Source of the DNA: Ostreococcus lucimarinus
Lineage: Eukaryota
Reading direction: 5' to 3' (one strand)
Assembly (NCBI GenBank): GCA_000092065.1
Contig: CP000581.1
Length of the DNA stretch: 64,000 bases
Every line of letters begins with the position of its first letter. Within the stretch, counting starts at the first letter, position 1. This document shows positions 1-10,630 of the stretch, one piece after another. Both the position numbers and the translations under genes were made by a program. Under the pieces are notes generated by a model that was given only the letters and a program-made list of their open reading frames with translations, was not told the origin of the DNA and did not search any database.

Positions 1-1862
1 AGGAGGCAGATGACTGGGTACAAAAGAATAAACCGACGTTTCACGGTGAAGTGCTCGGCCCGCTCATCGCCGAGATCGAAGTGACGAATCCCACGCATGC
101 CACGTATATCGAACAGCATCTTGGTCCGGCTGTTTTGGCGACGTATCTCGTCACCGATCGGCGCGATGAGCGTAGTGTGAACGACGCCATGAAGAACTTT
201 CGAATCAACGTGTGGACGCCAAAGAACAACACGCAGCACGTGCCGGGCGTAGTGAGCCAAGAATTACGAGACGCGGGCGTGGTTAACACGCTGGATAATG
301 TGTTCAAAGCTAAATCTATCGTTAAGCGGGCGCTGAGCGAAACGCACCAAATTACCAAAGTGCACGTGGGAGGCAACACGCTCGATTCGGCGACCATCGA
401 ACGCCTATTCAGACAAAAGATATCCAGTCACATTTACTGCCCGAAAGGCGTGTACAGAGCAAACCGGTCTCGATACGACCCCAACGCGTTTTCCATGGGT
501 CAAAACAGTATTCGACAGGGCCAGCTCTTCGGGCGCCAGACTGATGAAAACCTCACAGAGGTGAAGAACAAACTCGCCGAAGTCCAGAGAAAGCTCGTCG
601 CTGTGAACGAAAAAGTGAGCGAACTCCAGAAGTTGCACAACGCCAAACAAGGCCAGCTCACGGAGTTACAAAGAGAGAAGAATAATTTGAATAGACTACA
701 GCAACAACCAGAAACGAGGAAGAGGATGATTCAGACGCAGATTGCGCAACACACCGATTTGATGGCTCAAGACAAAGCGGCGGCAGACATTGCGAACATC
801 GAGCGCAAGACTGCGGCTGAAAAGGCAAGCATATCGAAAGAGCGAGTGATGTGCGCGAGTGAGTTGTGCGACGTCGTCCTCTCCAGTCACGAGGCGTCGA
901 TCTCGCTCACGTTGAAGGTTTTGCAGTCGGTCGAAAAGCAAGTGCAGATGACGAAACTGCAAGAGGCGCTGCAGGGTATTGAAGACAGAGTTATCAACAC
1001 AAAAGCCAAGCGTGACGATCTCAAAGCGCGCTTTCAAGCCGAAACTGAGCGCGCCGCGGCGTTGAAACGAGACGCCCTCGCCGTCACGGGCGACCTCACC
1101 GAGGAAATCAACAAGAAGTTCGAACAATGGCCGATTACTATCGAAGAGCTGGAATTCGACATCTCGCGACTTCAAGAGCAAGCGGATGCGATCTTGTGTC
1201 ACAATCCAGCGGTTTTGGATGAGTTTAATAAGCGTAAAGCCGAAATGGCGACGCTCACCAAGACGCTCGCGAGCGAAAAAGCCGAGCTTGCGGTGGAACA
1301 CGCGGCAATCACCTCGGTGAAGAATGAATGGTTGCCCAAGCTTCGAAAGATTGTGGCGAAAATCAGTGACGACTTCTCGCGGAATTTCGCCAACATCGGG
1401 TGTGCCGGACAGATTTCTCTCGCTGGTGACGGTTCCCGCGAGCACGACGGCTTTGGCGACGATTTTGCGAGCTATGCGCTGGAAATCCGAGTCAAGTTTC
1501 GCCCGAACGAGGACATGCACTTGCTCGACGCACACCGTCAATCAGGCGGTGAACGTTCGGTGACGACGATGCTGTACATGATCGCGTTGCAAGCGTCCAC
1601 GAGCGCCCCTTTCCGAGTCGTTGACGAGATCAATCAAGGTATGGATGCGCGAAACGAGCGCAAAGTGTTCAAGCGCATGGTCGAGGCGGCGAGCGCGCCC
1701 GGAACACCCCAATGTTTCGTCATCACACCCAAACTGCTCACGCAACTGGAGTACAGCGAAGATTGCACTGTGATGTGCATTTTCAACGGTCCGCACGTGC
1801 ACGAGATGGCGAAGAAGTGGCGCGAGATGCAAGCCGCCTTTGACTGCGTTCGAGCGCGATAG
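1..1862 (+). CDS. SMC5: Structural maintenance of chromosomes protein 5 (SMC5), C-terminal half. It is 5'-truncated: the reading frame is open back to nt 1, and the track ORF starts at an internal GTG at 51.
   Basis: ABC signature 'QSGGERSVTTMLYMIALQ' and D-loop 'FRVVDEINQGMDARNERKVF...FVITPKLL' closely match SMC5. Upstream region is coiled-coil and hinge-like. The frame has no stop between nt 3 and 51. Confidence 0.85.
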   Translation, partial: EADDWVQKNKPTFHGEVLGPLIAEIEVTNPTHATYIEQHLGPAVLATYLVTDRRDERSVNDAMKNFRINVWTPKNNTQHVPGVVSQELRDAGVVNTLDNVFKAKSIVKRALSETHQITKVHVGGNTLDSATIERLFRQKISSHIYCPKGVYRANRSRYDPNAFSMGQNSIRQGQLFGRQTDENLTEVKNKLAEVQRKLVAVNEKVSELQKLHNAKQGQLTELQREKNNLNRLQQQPETRKRMIQTQIAQHTDLMAQDKAAADIANIERKTAAEKASISKERVMCASELCDVVLSSHEASISLTLKVLQSVEKQVQMTKLQEALQGIEDRVINTKAKRDDLKARFQAETERAAALKRDALAVTGDLTEEINKKFEQWPITIEELEFDISRLQEQADAILCHNPAVLDEFNKRKAEMATLTKTLASEKAELAVEHAAITSVKNEWLPKLRKIVAKISDDFSRNFANIGCAGQISLAGDGSREHDGFGDDFASYALEIRVKFRPNEDMHLLDAHRQSGGERSVTTMLYMIALQASTSAPFRVVDEINQGMDARNERKVFKRMVEAASAPGTPQCFVITPKLLTQLEYSEDCTVMCIFNGPHVHEMAKKWREMQAAFDCVRAR

Positions 1863-1952
1863 CGATAGCAAAGAAACGCGAATTGTGAATTTATACAACC
1901 GACAGACACTCGCAAGCGCCTCATTCACGCACGACGGTCGTGACGGGCGCCG

Positions 1953-2846
1953 GTGAATCACGCGCGCACACTCGGCGCCATGAGTCGCGAAGGCGATCCG
2001 AACGGCGCCTCGCGCGCGCCCCTGCGCGCGGTTTTCTTCGACTTTGACGACACACTCGCGGAAACCACCCTGGCCGATCGCGTCGCGTATCGCGAATGCG
2101 CGATTCGCATGGAGACCGTATACGGGCTGTCGAAAAAGCGACAAGATGAAGTGATCGCTGCGTACAAGCGGCGGCTCGCGGAGCGTCCCTGGAACGACGA
2201 GTTTGCGCACGTGTGGACGCACCGCGAGCGGCTGTGGGCGGAAGCGTTCGGCGACGACGACAGAGGGCTCGCAATGCGGCACGACGTGAACAGCACATTT
2301 AGGGACTGTCGCTTGGAACAGCTACGTTTAAACAGTTCTGTGTGCGGTGGCATCGAGAAGTTGCGCGCGAAGAATGTGCACGTCGTCATCATCACGAATG
2401 GCCACCACGTCGTGCAGCGAGAGAAGCTCGCCGCGTGCGGGATATACGAAGTAGTGAAGTTGGAAAACATCCTCGTCGGTGGCGAAGAAGTTCTCGCCGG
2501 TCGCGACGAGAAACCAGAGGCGTCCATCTTTCACGAGGCGTGCAAACGCGTCGACGTGGTACCAGACGAAGTTATGCACGTAGGCGACTCGTGGACCGCC
2601 GACATGGTCGGCGCCGAAAACGCTGGTCTGCGTTGGAGAGTGTGGGTGTCCCAACGTCCCGACGACGAGAAGTGCGAGAGCGAACAGGAACTGTCATCGT
2701 CGAAGCGAGCGAAAAAGGTCGACGCCGTTCCGCGCGTAGAAAACATCAAAGAATTTTTCGAGCTCCTGGACGAGTGGTTGGACGAAGACGGCACGCTGCC
2801 CGCATCCAACATTCTCTTGAAGACGCGGAGCCGTAGCGAGCGTTAG
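1953..2846 (+). CDS. HAD-superfamily hydrolase (haloacid dehalogenase-like phosphatase). Likely ATG is near 1980 (MSREGDP...).
   Basis: Motif I 'VFFDFDDTLAE', motif III/IV 'VVIITNGHH...HVGDSWTADMVGAENAGL'. Typical HAD core with cap. Confidence 0.7.
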   Translation: MNHARTLGAMSREGDPNGASRAPLRAVFFDFDDTLAETTLADRVAYRECAIRMETVYGLSKKRQDEVIAAYKRRLAERPWNDEFAHVWTHRERLWAEAFGDDDRGLAMRHDVNSTFRDCRLEQLRLNSSVCGGIEKLRAKNVHVVIITNGHHVVQREKLAACGIYEVVKLENILVGGEEVLAGRDEKPEASIFHEACKRVDVVPDEVMHVGDSWTADMVGAENAGLRWRVWVSQRPDDEKCESEQELSSSKRAKKVDAVPRVENIKEFFELLDEWLDEDGTLPASNILLKTRSRSER

Positions 2847-2993
2847 CGAACGTGTTGAATAGAAGTGTAGAGGTAAATTAGAGCGAAGTGTGTTGTGTCG
2901 TTCTTTCGATTCGATCTGATTCGATTACTACAGCGCTAAAGATTAAGTTTATAGTGTACAGAGCGTATCCTACGTCGGCGACTCAACCGTCGC

Positions 2994-3311
<318 letters not shown>

Positions 3312-3440
3312 TTATGAAATACGACGAGTCGATTTGTGACGACGCGCGCGCGCGTCGAGGCGCACAAACGCGAGTTCGCGTGAGTCGTTTTTCAGATCGC
3401 GGTCGGTCGGATTTCACACTGTTTACGCATATGGAAGTGA

Positions 3441-3554
<114 letters not shown>

Positions 3555-3845
3555 TTTTTCAAACGCTCCGCGGAATCAAACTCAAAATCAAAAAACCAAA
3601 AACAACAAACAATTGGTGTTCATTTCAACACCACCACTCCAAGAAAGATTCTCAACACTAAATCCAAACACTCCACTCGCGCGTCGCTTCGACGACGACC
3701 TCGTCGTCGCTCACTTTCGCGCGTGAATCGCCGTTGCAATTCGCTCGTATGCGTAAGCAGTACGACGCCTAATAATTAGGCGAATTAGGCCCTAATTCGG
3801 GACGTACGCTGACGTGGCAACGCGTACTGGCGTAATCGTTACACG

Positions 3846-4967
3846 GTGACGGCGACGACGGCGACGACGGCGACGATGCCGTGCGGAACGAACGCGAATG
3901 ATTTAACTCGAGATAAATTCTCGAGCGTGCGAAAGAACCAAGAGACGGCGACCAGGTTCGGTGTGTTTTTGTCCACGATCGTCGTGCCGATTCTGCTCTT
4001 GTTGTACTCGGCGCTTTGGTTCACGCAATTTTACGTCGGACTCGGCCCGGATTCGCCGCCGCTGAATAAGGTGATCACCACGGAGCAGTTGCAGTACGGC
4101 CAAAAGATCTTCCCGCTGGCGCTGACGTGTAATCACCGGGATGGATGTTACTTTCGGTTGACGGGGGCGGACGCGTGCGCGTCGGGCACGGTGGCGGGCG
4201 GCGCCGGGCCGAACAATGGATTCTGCTCTGATCCGACCTTACTACCCGTCGCCAGTGGTGGAGCATCTACGCCTGCGTCGTGCGGCGTGGGTAGCCAGTG
4301 TAACACCGCCGCAGCGGCGAACGCGTGCGGCACGGCCAACGGGCCGTGCTGTCGAAAGGCCACCTGCGACACCGAACTCTCCTCCGCGCAAGGCGTGTGC
4401 GCGTTCTCGCCGCCGGGCGCCGATCCCACCGACGCGCTCACCGTAGCGTGGGCGTATAAGTCTGGATGCTCTGGTGCGTGTAATTTCGGCGTCACACTCG
4501 TCACCGATTACATCGATTCCAACGGCGATGTTGCGCAAAAGGAAGTCAAGGTGCATCGAGGCATCGCGTTGATGAATCTCATCGAGCACGACGATCCGAA
4601 AATGTCCTGGTCCAAGAGTCATCCCAATTATGCCGCCAATAAGAAAAAAACCACCATGTACGAGTGGTCGATCACAATGGTGGACGTCGAAGGTACCGTC
4701 GACGCCGTCTCAAACCTCTGCATGAACCAGATGCGCGCCGACAATCTCGTGACGTCGGGGGGAACAGTCTACGCTCGACGCGTAAAGCTCGTTCCGGCTG
4801 CAACGTACACGAAAATGTCAACGGCGTATCCGAGTCCGGGATTGGCGTACTTATCAGCCATCGGGGGTATCTCCAGCACCATCATGGCCGTCCTCGCGTA
4901 CGTCCACGCGTTCCATCTCAAGTTTTTAAATCGCGCGGCGTCGTCCGCGCCTCAAGCAGCGCCTTAA
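3846..4967 (+). CDS. Hypothetical two-pass membrane protein with a large Cys-rich ectodomain. Likely ATG is near 3876 (MPCGTNAND...).
   Basis: N-proximal TM 'FGVFLSTIVVPILLLLYSALWF', C-terminal TM 'LAYLSAIGGISSTIMAVLAYVHAF', and more than 20 Cys in between. No family recognised. Confidence 0.5.
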   Translation: MTATTATTATMPCGTNANDLTRDKFSSVRKNQETATRFGVFLSTIVVPILLLLYSALWFTQFYVGLGPDSPPLNKVITTEQLQYGQKIFPLALTCNHRDGCYFRLTGADACASGTVAGGAGPNNGFCSDPTLLPVASGGASTPASCGVGSQCNTAAAANACGTANGPCCRKATCDTELSSAQGVCAFSPPGADPTDALTVAWAYKSGCSGACNFGVTLVTDYIDSNGDVAQKEVKVHRGIALMNLIEHDDPKMSWSKSHPNYAANKKKTTMYEWSITMVDVEGTVDAVSNLCMNQMRADNLVTSGGTVYARRVKLVPAATYTKMSTAYPSPGLAYLSAIGGISSTIMAVLAYVHAFHLKFLNRAASSAPQAAP

Positions 4968-5276
4968 AGCAGTCACGCGTTGACGTCGTGCATCATCGCG
5001 TTGTTTATAATATATCTGGACGATGTGGCCGCTCGGGTCGTCCAGCATTTACTCGTTTCGTCGCCACCCGACGCGAGCGTTGTTAACTTTCGTCGCGCGC
5101 GACCCATAACATTGCCGCGACGAAACGTTCGAAACGGGGTGCCCGTCCTTAGCCCGACGAAGGACAACGTCATGGTGTTAACGAACCGCGTCAACGAATT
5201 TTTTGCCGCGCGTGCCCGTGCGACCTCGTGACGACGAACTCGCACTCGTTCGTTCGTCGTCGACCGTCGACACACC

Positions 5277-6986
5277 ATGATGACCTCGGTTCGCGACACG
5301 GCGGCGACGACGCGACGGCTCGCGTCGTCTTTTTCGACCACCGACGTCGCGGACGCGATCAAAACGCTCGTCGCGCGCGAGGACGCGGACGAAGAGGAGG
5401 ATTTCGGGTCAATCGCGGATGTCGGTTCATCTCGCTGGCGACGACGACGACTCGCGATACATCGCCTGCGCGCGCGCGCGTTCGAGGATGCGCGCGATGA
5501 GGAGGAGCATGGAAACGGCGATGACTCGATTCGTCGTCCGTCGACGGCGACGGCGTTGGTGCGGTCGAGCGAGCTCATGGAGACGCTCGTGGTGGAGCTC
5601 GCGCGAGCGGAGACGTGGCGGGACGAGTGCGCGCCGAGGATGCGAGCGATGTCAACGCCGAGTTCGATGACGACGACGTCTTATGCGATTTATCTTGTGC
5701 GTTATCACGAATCCGTGGTGTGTAATTTGTTCGAGCTCGTGTTGAGTGGGTGCTCGACTTCGGCGTTGGACGAAGTCGAGGACGACGTCGCGGCGGAGCT
5801 CGCGGATTATTGCTTGAGACGCATCGTTTGGCTATCTGCGCGCGAGGGAGGCGAAAAGAGCGATGATGATGACGATAGTGCCTCGACGACGCCAGATTTT
5901 ACGCTCTCCATGTCCGCGTTGGCCATCGCTCGATGTCTCGCGGCGTCGCCACGGCTATTGGGTCAAACGAGGCGGGACGCGCTTGCCGAGGCGCTGGCGC
6001 CACTTCTCGACTCCAAGCCTTGGATTCAGCGAGAGCGGCACAACTCGAGCATTATCAAAGTCTACGTTGACGGTTCGTGGACGGAGGATATCTCCGAGTG
6101 GGACGCCAACACGCGAGTGCAGAAATGCGAGGCGCAGGTGTGGTTGGCGCTTCGTTCGCTCCTGTGCGACCCCGCGTTTGCGTGGGATGAAACCCGCAAG
6201 TCTTTGGCAGCGCGCGTGCGCAAACACTTGAACGAGTCGACGATTGATCAGATTCCCGTGTTGCGGGATTTAAAGCACGTGCTCGACGAAGTCATGGTGC
6301 GAAATTTGGACGGCGTCCACGTTGCGTCTCGCTTGGCCATCGAAATCGTTCCCAAGTATCGGCGCGCGCTAACGCAAAACGGATCGGCTGAGTACTACGA
6401 AAGCGTCGCGGCCATTATGCTTCGCGAACGATTCGATGCGATTTTCATGGCGTCCATCGCAGAAGACATCTTGTCCACGTGTGAGATGACGACGGACGTT
6501 GCGGCGAAGACGACGTCGGCGGCGCCTTCGTCTTCGAGCGGCGACGAAGCGCCGGTGAAGATTGACATCTTACGCGAACGCAAAACCCTCGACAGCGCTT
6601 CGACGTCGTTCGACACCGTCCACGTATTCGAGTACGACTTCGCCAAAGATCGCGCACCGAACGAAGTACGCGCGAAAACTTCGCACACTCGAGGCTTGCG
6701 CCGCGCGCTCGCCAGCCGCTCGTCAAACGACGGTGCCGAAGTCGAGTTACCGTGCGCATTCGACGGTAAGATCCGCGTCAATTTCGACGCCCGCACGATC
6801 ACCGCCCCCCTCACGCTTCGTCGAAGCGCGACGACTGAAGACAAACCGTCGGTATGGATCACCGTCGGCGCGCTCGCCGTCGACGGCTTCGCCGCGCAGC
6901 TCCGGCTCGATCGCTCTCCTCGCGGCGGCGACGCCTACGTCGTTCGCGACGTCCATCTCACCATCGCCGTCACCGCCGCGTCGTGA
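5277..6986 (+). CDS. Hypothetical protein (569 aa) with acidic stretches. No domain recognised.
   Basis: Long ORF in ATG context with codon-biased GC3 and no antisense alternative of comparable quality. Function unknown. Confidence 0.45.
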   Translation: MMTSVRDTAATTRRLASSFSTTDVADAIKTLVAREDADEEEDFGSIADVGSSRWRRRRLAIHRLRARAFEDARDEEEHGNGDDSIRRPSTATALVRSSELMETLVVELARAETWRDECAPRMRAMSTPSSMTTTSYAIYLVRYHESVVCNLFELVLSGCSTSALDEVEDDVAAELADYCLRRIVWLSAREGGEKSDDDDDSASTTPDFTLSMSALAIARCLAASPRLLGQTRRDALAEALAPLLDSKPWIQRERHNSSIIKVYVDGSWTEDISEWDANTRVQKCEAQVWLALRSLLCDPAFAWDETRKSLAARVRKHLNESTIDQIPVLRDLKHVLDEVMVRNLDGVHVASRLAIEIVPKYRRALTQNGSAEYYESVAAIMLRERFDAIFMASIAEDILSTCEMTTDVAAKTTSAAPSSSSGDEAPVKIDILRERKTLDSASTSFDTVHVFEYDFAKDRAPNEVRAKTSHTRGLRRALASRSSNDGAEVELPCAFDGKIRVNFDARTITAPLTLRRSATTEDKPSVWITVGALAVDGFAAQLRLDRSPRGGDAYVVRDVHLTIAVTAAS

Positions 6987-7169
6987 TCACCGCGCATCGC
7001 GTCCTCATTTATCGATTCTTTTAATCACACGCGCCCCCCGCGCCGCGTCTCGCGTCTTTCCGCGTCATTCGTTCGTCGCGTTCGCGCTCGCGGCTCGCCG
7101 CCGACCCGACGACCCTCCAGCGCGCGCGTCCCTCACACTCCACCTCGCGTTCGAAGCTTCAGCCTCGCG

Positions 7170-7859
7170 ATGCCGTCCAAGCGCGCGAACGCGCGACGCG
7201 CGGTCACCACCATCGCCGCGTCCATCGCCATCGCCGGTCTCGTCGCGTGCGCGGACGCCAAGCCGAGCAAACCGATCGCGCGCGCGGTGAAATCTGACGT
7301 CAAGTTCATCAAGTGTGAAGTGTGCGAACACCTCGCGGACGCCGTGACGCAGGAGTACGCCGCGCTGCGCGAGGAAACGCCGGAGAAGAAACTCACGGAG
7401 ACGATGGTGATCGAAAAGATTGAAAAAATGTGCGACCCGAGCGCGAAGGAGGGCGATTGGATCATCACGAAGGACTTGCAAGAGAAGGGCTCGAGGTTGC
7501 GCGTGGTGGACATGGGTAAAGAAAACTACGGAGAGTGCGGAAAGGAGTGTAAGACGATCGTGAAGGCGTGTGAGGACATTCTTGGACCGCGGGATACGGA
7601 CGTGGGTGAGTTTTTGTACACGTCGAACGCGGGCGACTTGAGAGGGGCGCTGCGCGAGTGGTTGTGCGAGGAGGAGACAAACTCGTGCGGAGGCAAGATA
7701 CCGCCGTTGCCGAGCGATCGGCCGAAGGGAGAGAAGTTCAAGAAGAGAGACAAGAAGGATGTCGAAATGGAGCGATTGATGGCGGGAATGAAGGGTATGC
7801 CGGGCATGGGCGGCGCGCAAATGTTCAGCCGCGATCAGATGATGGGCGGCATGGGCATG

Positions 7860-7890
<31 letters not shown>

Positions 7891-8105
7891 AGTCCCCGTT
7901 CGCTGGTGCGTTCGACAGCGGCGAGTCCAAAGGGGCTGTCGCCAACGTGGCCGAAAAACTGGGCGATTTGAAGGATAAGGCTGCGTCCACGGCGAAGAAC
8001 GCATGGAACAAGGCCAAGGGCTTCTTGTCCCGCTCTTCGCGCGCTGAGGACGAGGATTTCACCGACGATTTCACCGCCGAAGAGCTCGCTCGTGAAGAAC
8101 TTTGA
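7170..8105 (+). CDS. Secreted saposin-like protein of the Canopy/DUF3456 (CNPY/MZB1-like) family, with a Met/Gly-rich and poly-Asp acidic C-terminal tail.
   Basis: Signal peptide 'AVTTIAASIAIAGLVACADA'. CxxC...C...C...C...C pattern: 'KCEVCEHL...MCD...CGKECKTIVKACEDIL...WLCEEETNSCGG'. (GAC)9 encodes D9. Confidence 0.5.
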
Positions 8106-8183
8106 TGACACACGCTTAATATTACATCACGAACTATTTTTTATGCTATTTCGTTTCGTCTCGATGCGCTGCATAATGAGAGA

Positions 8184-10190
8184 TTACGCGTCGGAATCGT
8201 CATCGGAACCACTTTCGTTGTCGGAATCGGCGGCATCCAAATCTTGCTTGTACATGAGCGCTTCGTTCTCTGGGCGCGGCGGTGCCACAGAGAGTTCTTT
8301 CACCTCTTGTGGCTTGGTGCATGAACGCAAGTCACCGTTACCGAGCTGTCCCCAGTCGCCGCGTCCCCACAAGTACAAGCTACTTTCGCCCTTTTCCGCG
8401 CTCTCCACGACGGCTCCGGTGTGGTTGTGACCGGCGGAGACGGTGGTGACTGTCTTCCCACGCAACGCTTCGACGCGAGTGAAGACGTAGGTTGAGGTTT
8501 TGTCGCCGTGTCCGAGCTGACCGTACGAGTTTTCACCCGTCGTAAAGACGCCGCCGCACGAAGTGAGTACGCACGAGTGCGTCGCGCCCGCGGCGGCGAC
8601 GGCGACTCGACATCGTGTACCACACGAGCACTTCTGCACGCGATTTTCCATAATAGAACCATCGGCTCGACGAACAAAGTGGTGAATGTTCACCGCGTCG
8701 GGTGATAATCGATTCGCGCAGACCTTACGCTCTTTCGGATGAGGCCATCCGCCGGTGTACGTGGATCTACCGACACCCAGCGCGCCGTGCTTTCCGCGAC
8801 CGCAAACGTACATGCGGCCGCCAGTGGTGACAAAGATGGAATGCGCGCCGCCGGCGGACATGCTCGCCACGGGTTCATCCATGTCGTTGAGCGATTCAAC
8901 GAGACATGGCCACGGTACGCCGTTGTTCCATCCAGCCGCGGCGGCAAACGTGAGATCGCCCAAACCAAGCTGTCCGTATCTGCAATCACCCCACGACCAA
9001 ACGTTACCGTCGGAAGTGATGCAAATGCTATGCGCACCACCTGCAACTGCGCTTACCACGCGCATCCCGCGTAAGGCTGCGATGCGAGCGAACGGCGCGC
9101 CGTCGCGAAAAGTTCCGAGACCGAGTTGCCCCGAACGTCCACGGCCGCATGCAAACAAACGACCCGCGCGATCGACGGCGAGCGTGTGGTTGAACCCAGT
9201 GGCGATTTGCGTGATCTTGTCTTCAGCGCTACGCACTGTGACAAAACGCGGCACGTTTACCTCGATCGGAGTCGTTCCAACATGCCCGAGCTCGCCCGAG
9301 CTCGCGAGCCCCCACGTGACGATTGTGCCATCTCTGGACAGCACCACGTTGTGCGAGCCGCCGAGAGAGATGGAGTCGACGCCTTTGAAATCGTTCCTCG
9401 AGTCCAAGAAAAAGCCTTCTACCCGACCGATATCCAAGGCTTTATCGTTCAGATTCAATTGCGTTGGCACCGCGCGCGTTTCGAACGAACCGTCGCCAAT
9501 TTGCCCGTGGAAACCGCGCCCGAAGGTTGAAACCACCATCCCGGTGGTGTCGCTCTCGTTCCCGGTCACGCACGCGGTGTGAAACTGCCCCAGCGACACG
9601 TTCCCAGCCGCGCGTTCCGCGCGTTCGCTGAACGTACAGTGATGCCAAGCTTTTAGATACGAATCCCGTTTCGTGAGCATCAACGCCGTCGCGCGCGGCA
9701 CGAACTCCATCCTCGCCCCCGCCACGCGTTCCACGATTCCGCTCGCGTTAAAATACGTGCACGTCGACGCCACGCGCGCCAAGTCCTTCACGTCAAGATT
9801 CAACAGCACGAGCTCCAACACTTCCGTTGGCAATTTTCCCAAATTCCCAATCTCCCACTCCCCCCCCGTCGCCCGTCGTCGCTTCGCGTTTCGTTCCGTC
9901 GAAGCGACGCCCTGAAACCCCTCCCGCGCGCTCGTCATCGAGCTCAACCGTCGTTTCTCGTTCGGCGTCGGCGACATCTGGTACCTCACCGCGCTCATCG
10001 CCGTTGCCGTTTGTTCTGCATCGCGAGCGCGCGTCGTCAGTCGTTCATCGCCTCGCATCGATTCTCGTCTCCCGTCGTCGCGTCTTCGCGTCTTCGCGTC
10101 TTCGCGCACCGTGTCCATCCGTCGCCTTCCGTTCCCCCCCCGCGCCCTGAACGCTCCCTCGGCGACGTCCATCGACGCTCTCGCTTCCAT
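8184..10190 (-). CDS. F-box / RCC1-repeat protein
   Basis: F-box-like 'LPTEVLELVLLNLDVKDLARVASTCTYF', followed by about seven RCC1 repeats ('GQLGLG', 'GGAHS', 'GRGKHGALGVG'). Confidence 0.8.
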   Translation of the reverse strand: MEARASMDVAEGAFRARGGNGRRRMDTVREDAKTRRRDDGRRESMRGDERLTTRARDAEQTATAMSAVRYQMSPTPNEKRRLSSMTSAREGFQGVASTERNAKRRRATGGEWEIGNLGKLPTEVLELVLLNLDVKDLARVASTCTYFNASGIVERVAGARMEFVPRATALMLTKRDSYLKAWHHCTFSERAERAAGNVSLGQFHTACVTGNESDTTGMVVSTFGRGFHGQIGDGSFETRAVPTQLNLNDKALDIGRVEGFFLDSRNDFKGVDSISLGGSHNVVLSRDGTIVTWGLASSGELGHVGTTPIEVNVPRFVTVRSAEDKITQIATGFNHTLAVDRAGRLFACGRGRSGQLGLGTFRDGAPFARIAALRGMRVVSAVAGGAHSICITSDGNVWSWGDCRYGQLGLGDLTFAAAAGWNNGVPWPCLVESLNDMDEPVASMSAGGAHSIFVTTGGRMYVCGRGKHGALGVGRSTYTGGWPHPKERKVCANRLSPDAVNIHHFVRRADGSIMENRVQKCSCGTRCRVAVAAAGATHSCVLTSCGGVFTTGENSYGQLGHGDKTSTYVFTRVEALRGKTVTTVSAGHNHTGAVVESAEKGESSLYLWGRGDWGQLGNGDLRSCTKPQEVKELSVAPPRPENEALMYKQDLDAADSDNESGSDDDSDA

Positions 10191-10630
10191 CGCCTCGATC
10201 GATCGCGCCGTACGCGCACGTCGTCGTCGTCGTCGCGCGCGTTTGTCCCTGCCATCGCGTCGCCGTCGCGCGACGTTCCCCCGCGGCGTCGTCGGGCGCG
10301 AGCGACGCGCGCGCGGAGGACATGCGCGCCGTCGGCGACGGCTACGAACCGCGCGTCGTTCGCTCGACGCGATCGACGCGATCGACGCGCGCGACGCGCG
10401 ACCGACGACGGACGGGCGTCGCGGAATGACGCAACGGTCGCGGGGGGGAACGCGAACGGACCATTTTTAGGGAGAACGAGGAGAAGGAGCGAACGAGGCG
10501 CGCGCGACGCGGGCGACGCGGGACGACGCGGGAGTGGTGGTGCGATCATGTTGAAGCTAAATATGTCTGGGATCGTTAAAGCATCGATGCGCGCGCTCGG
10601 GAAGAGCGCGCGGGAACGAACGCGCGACGA

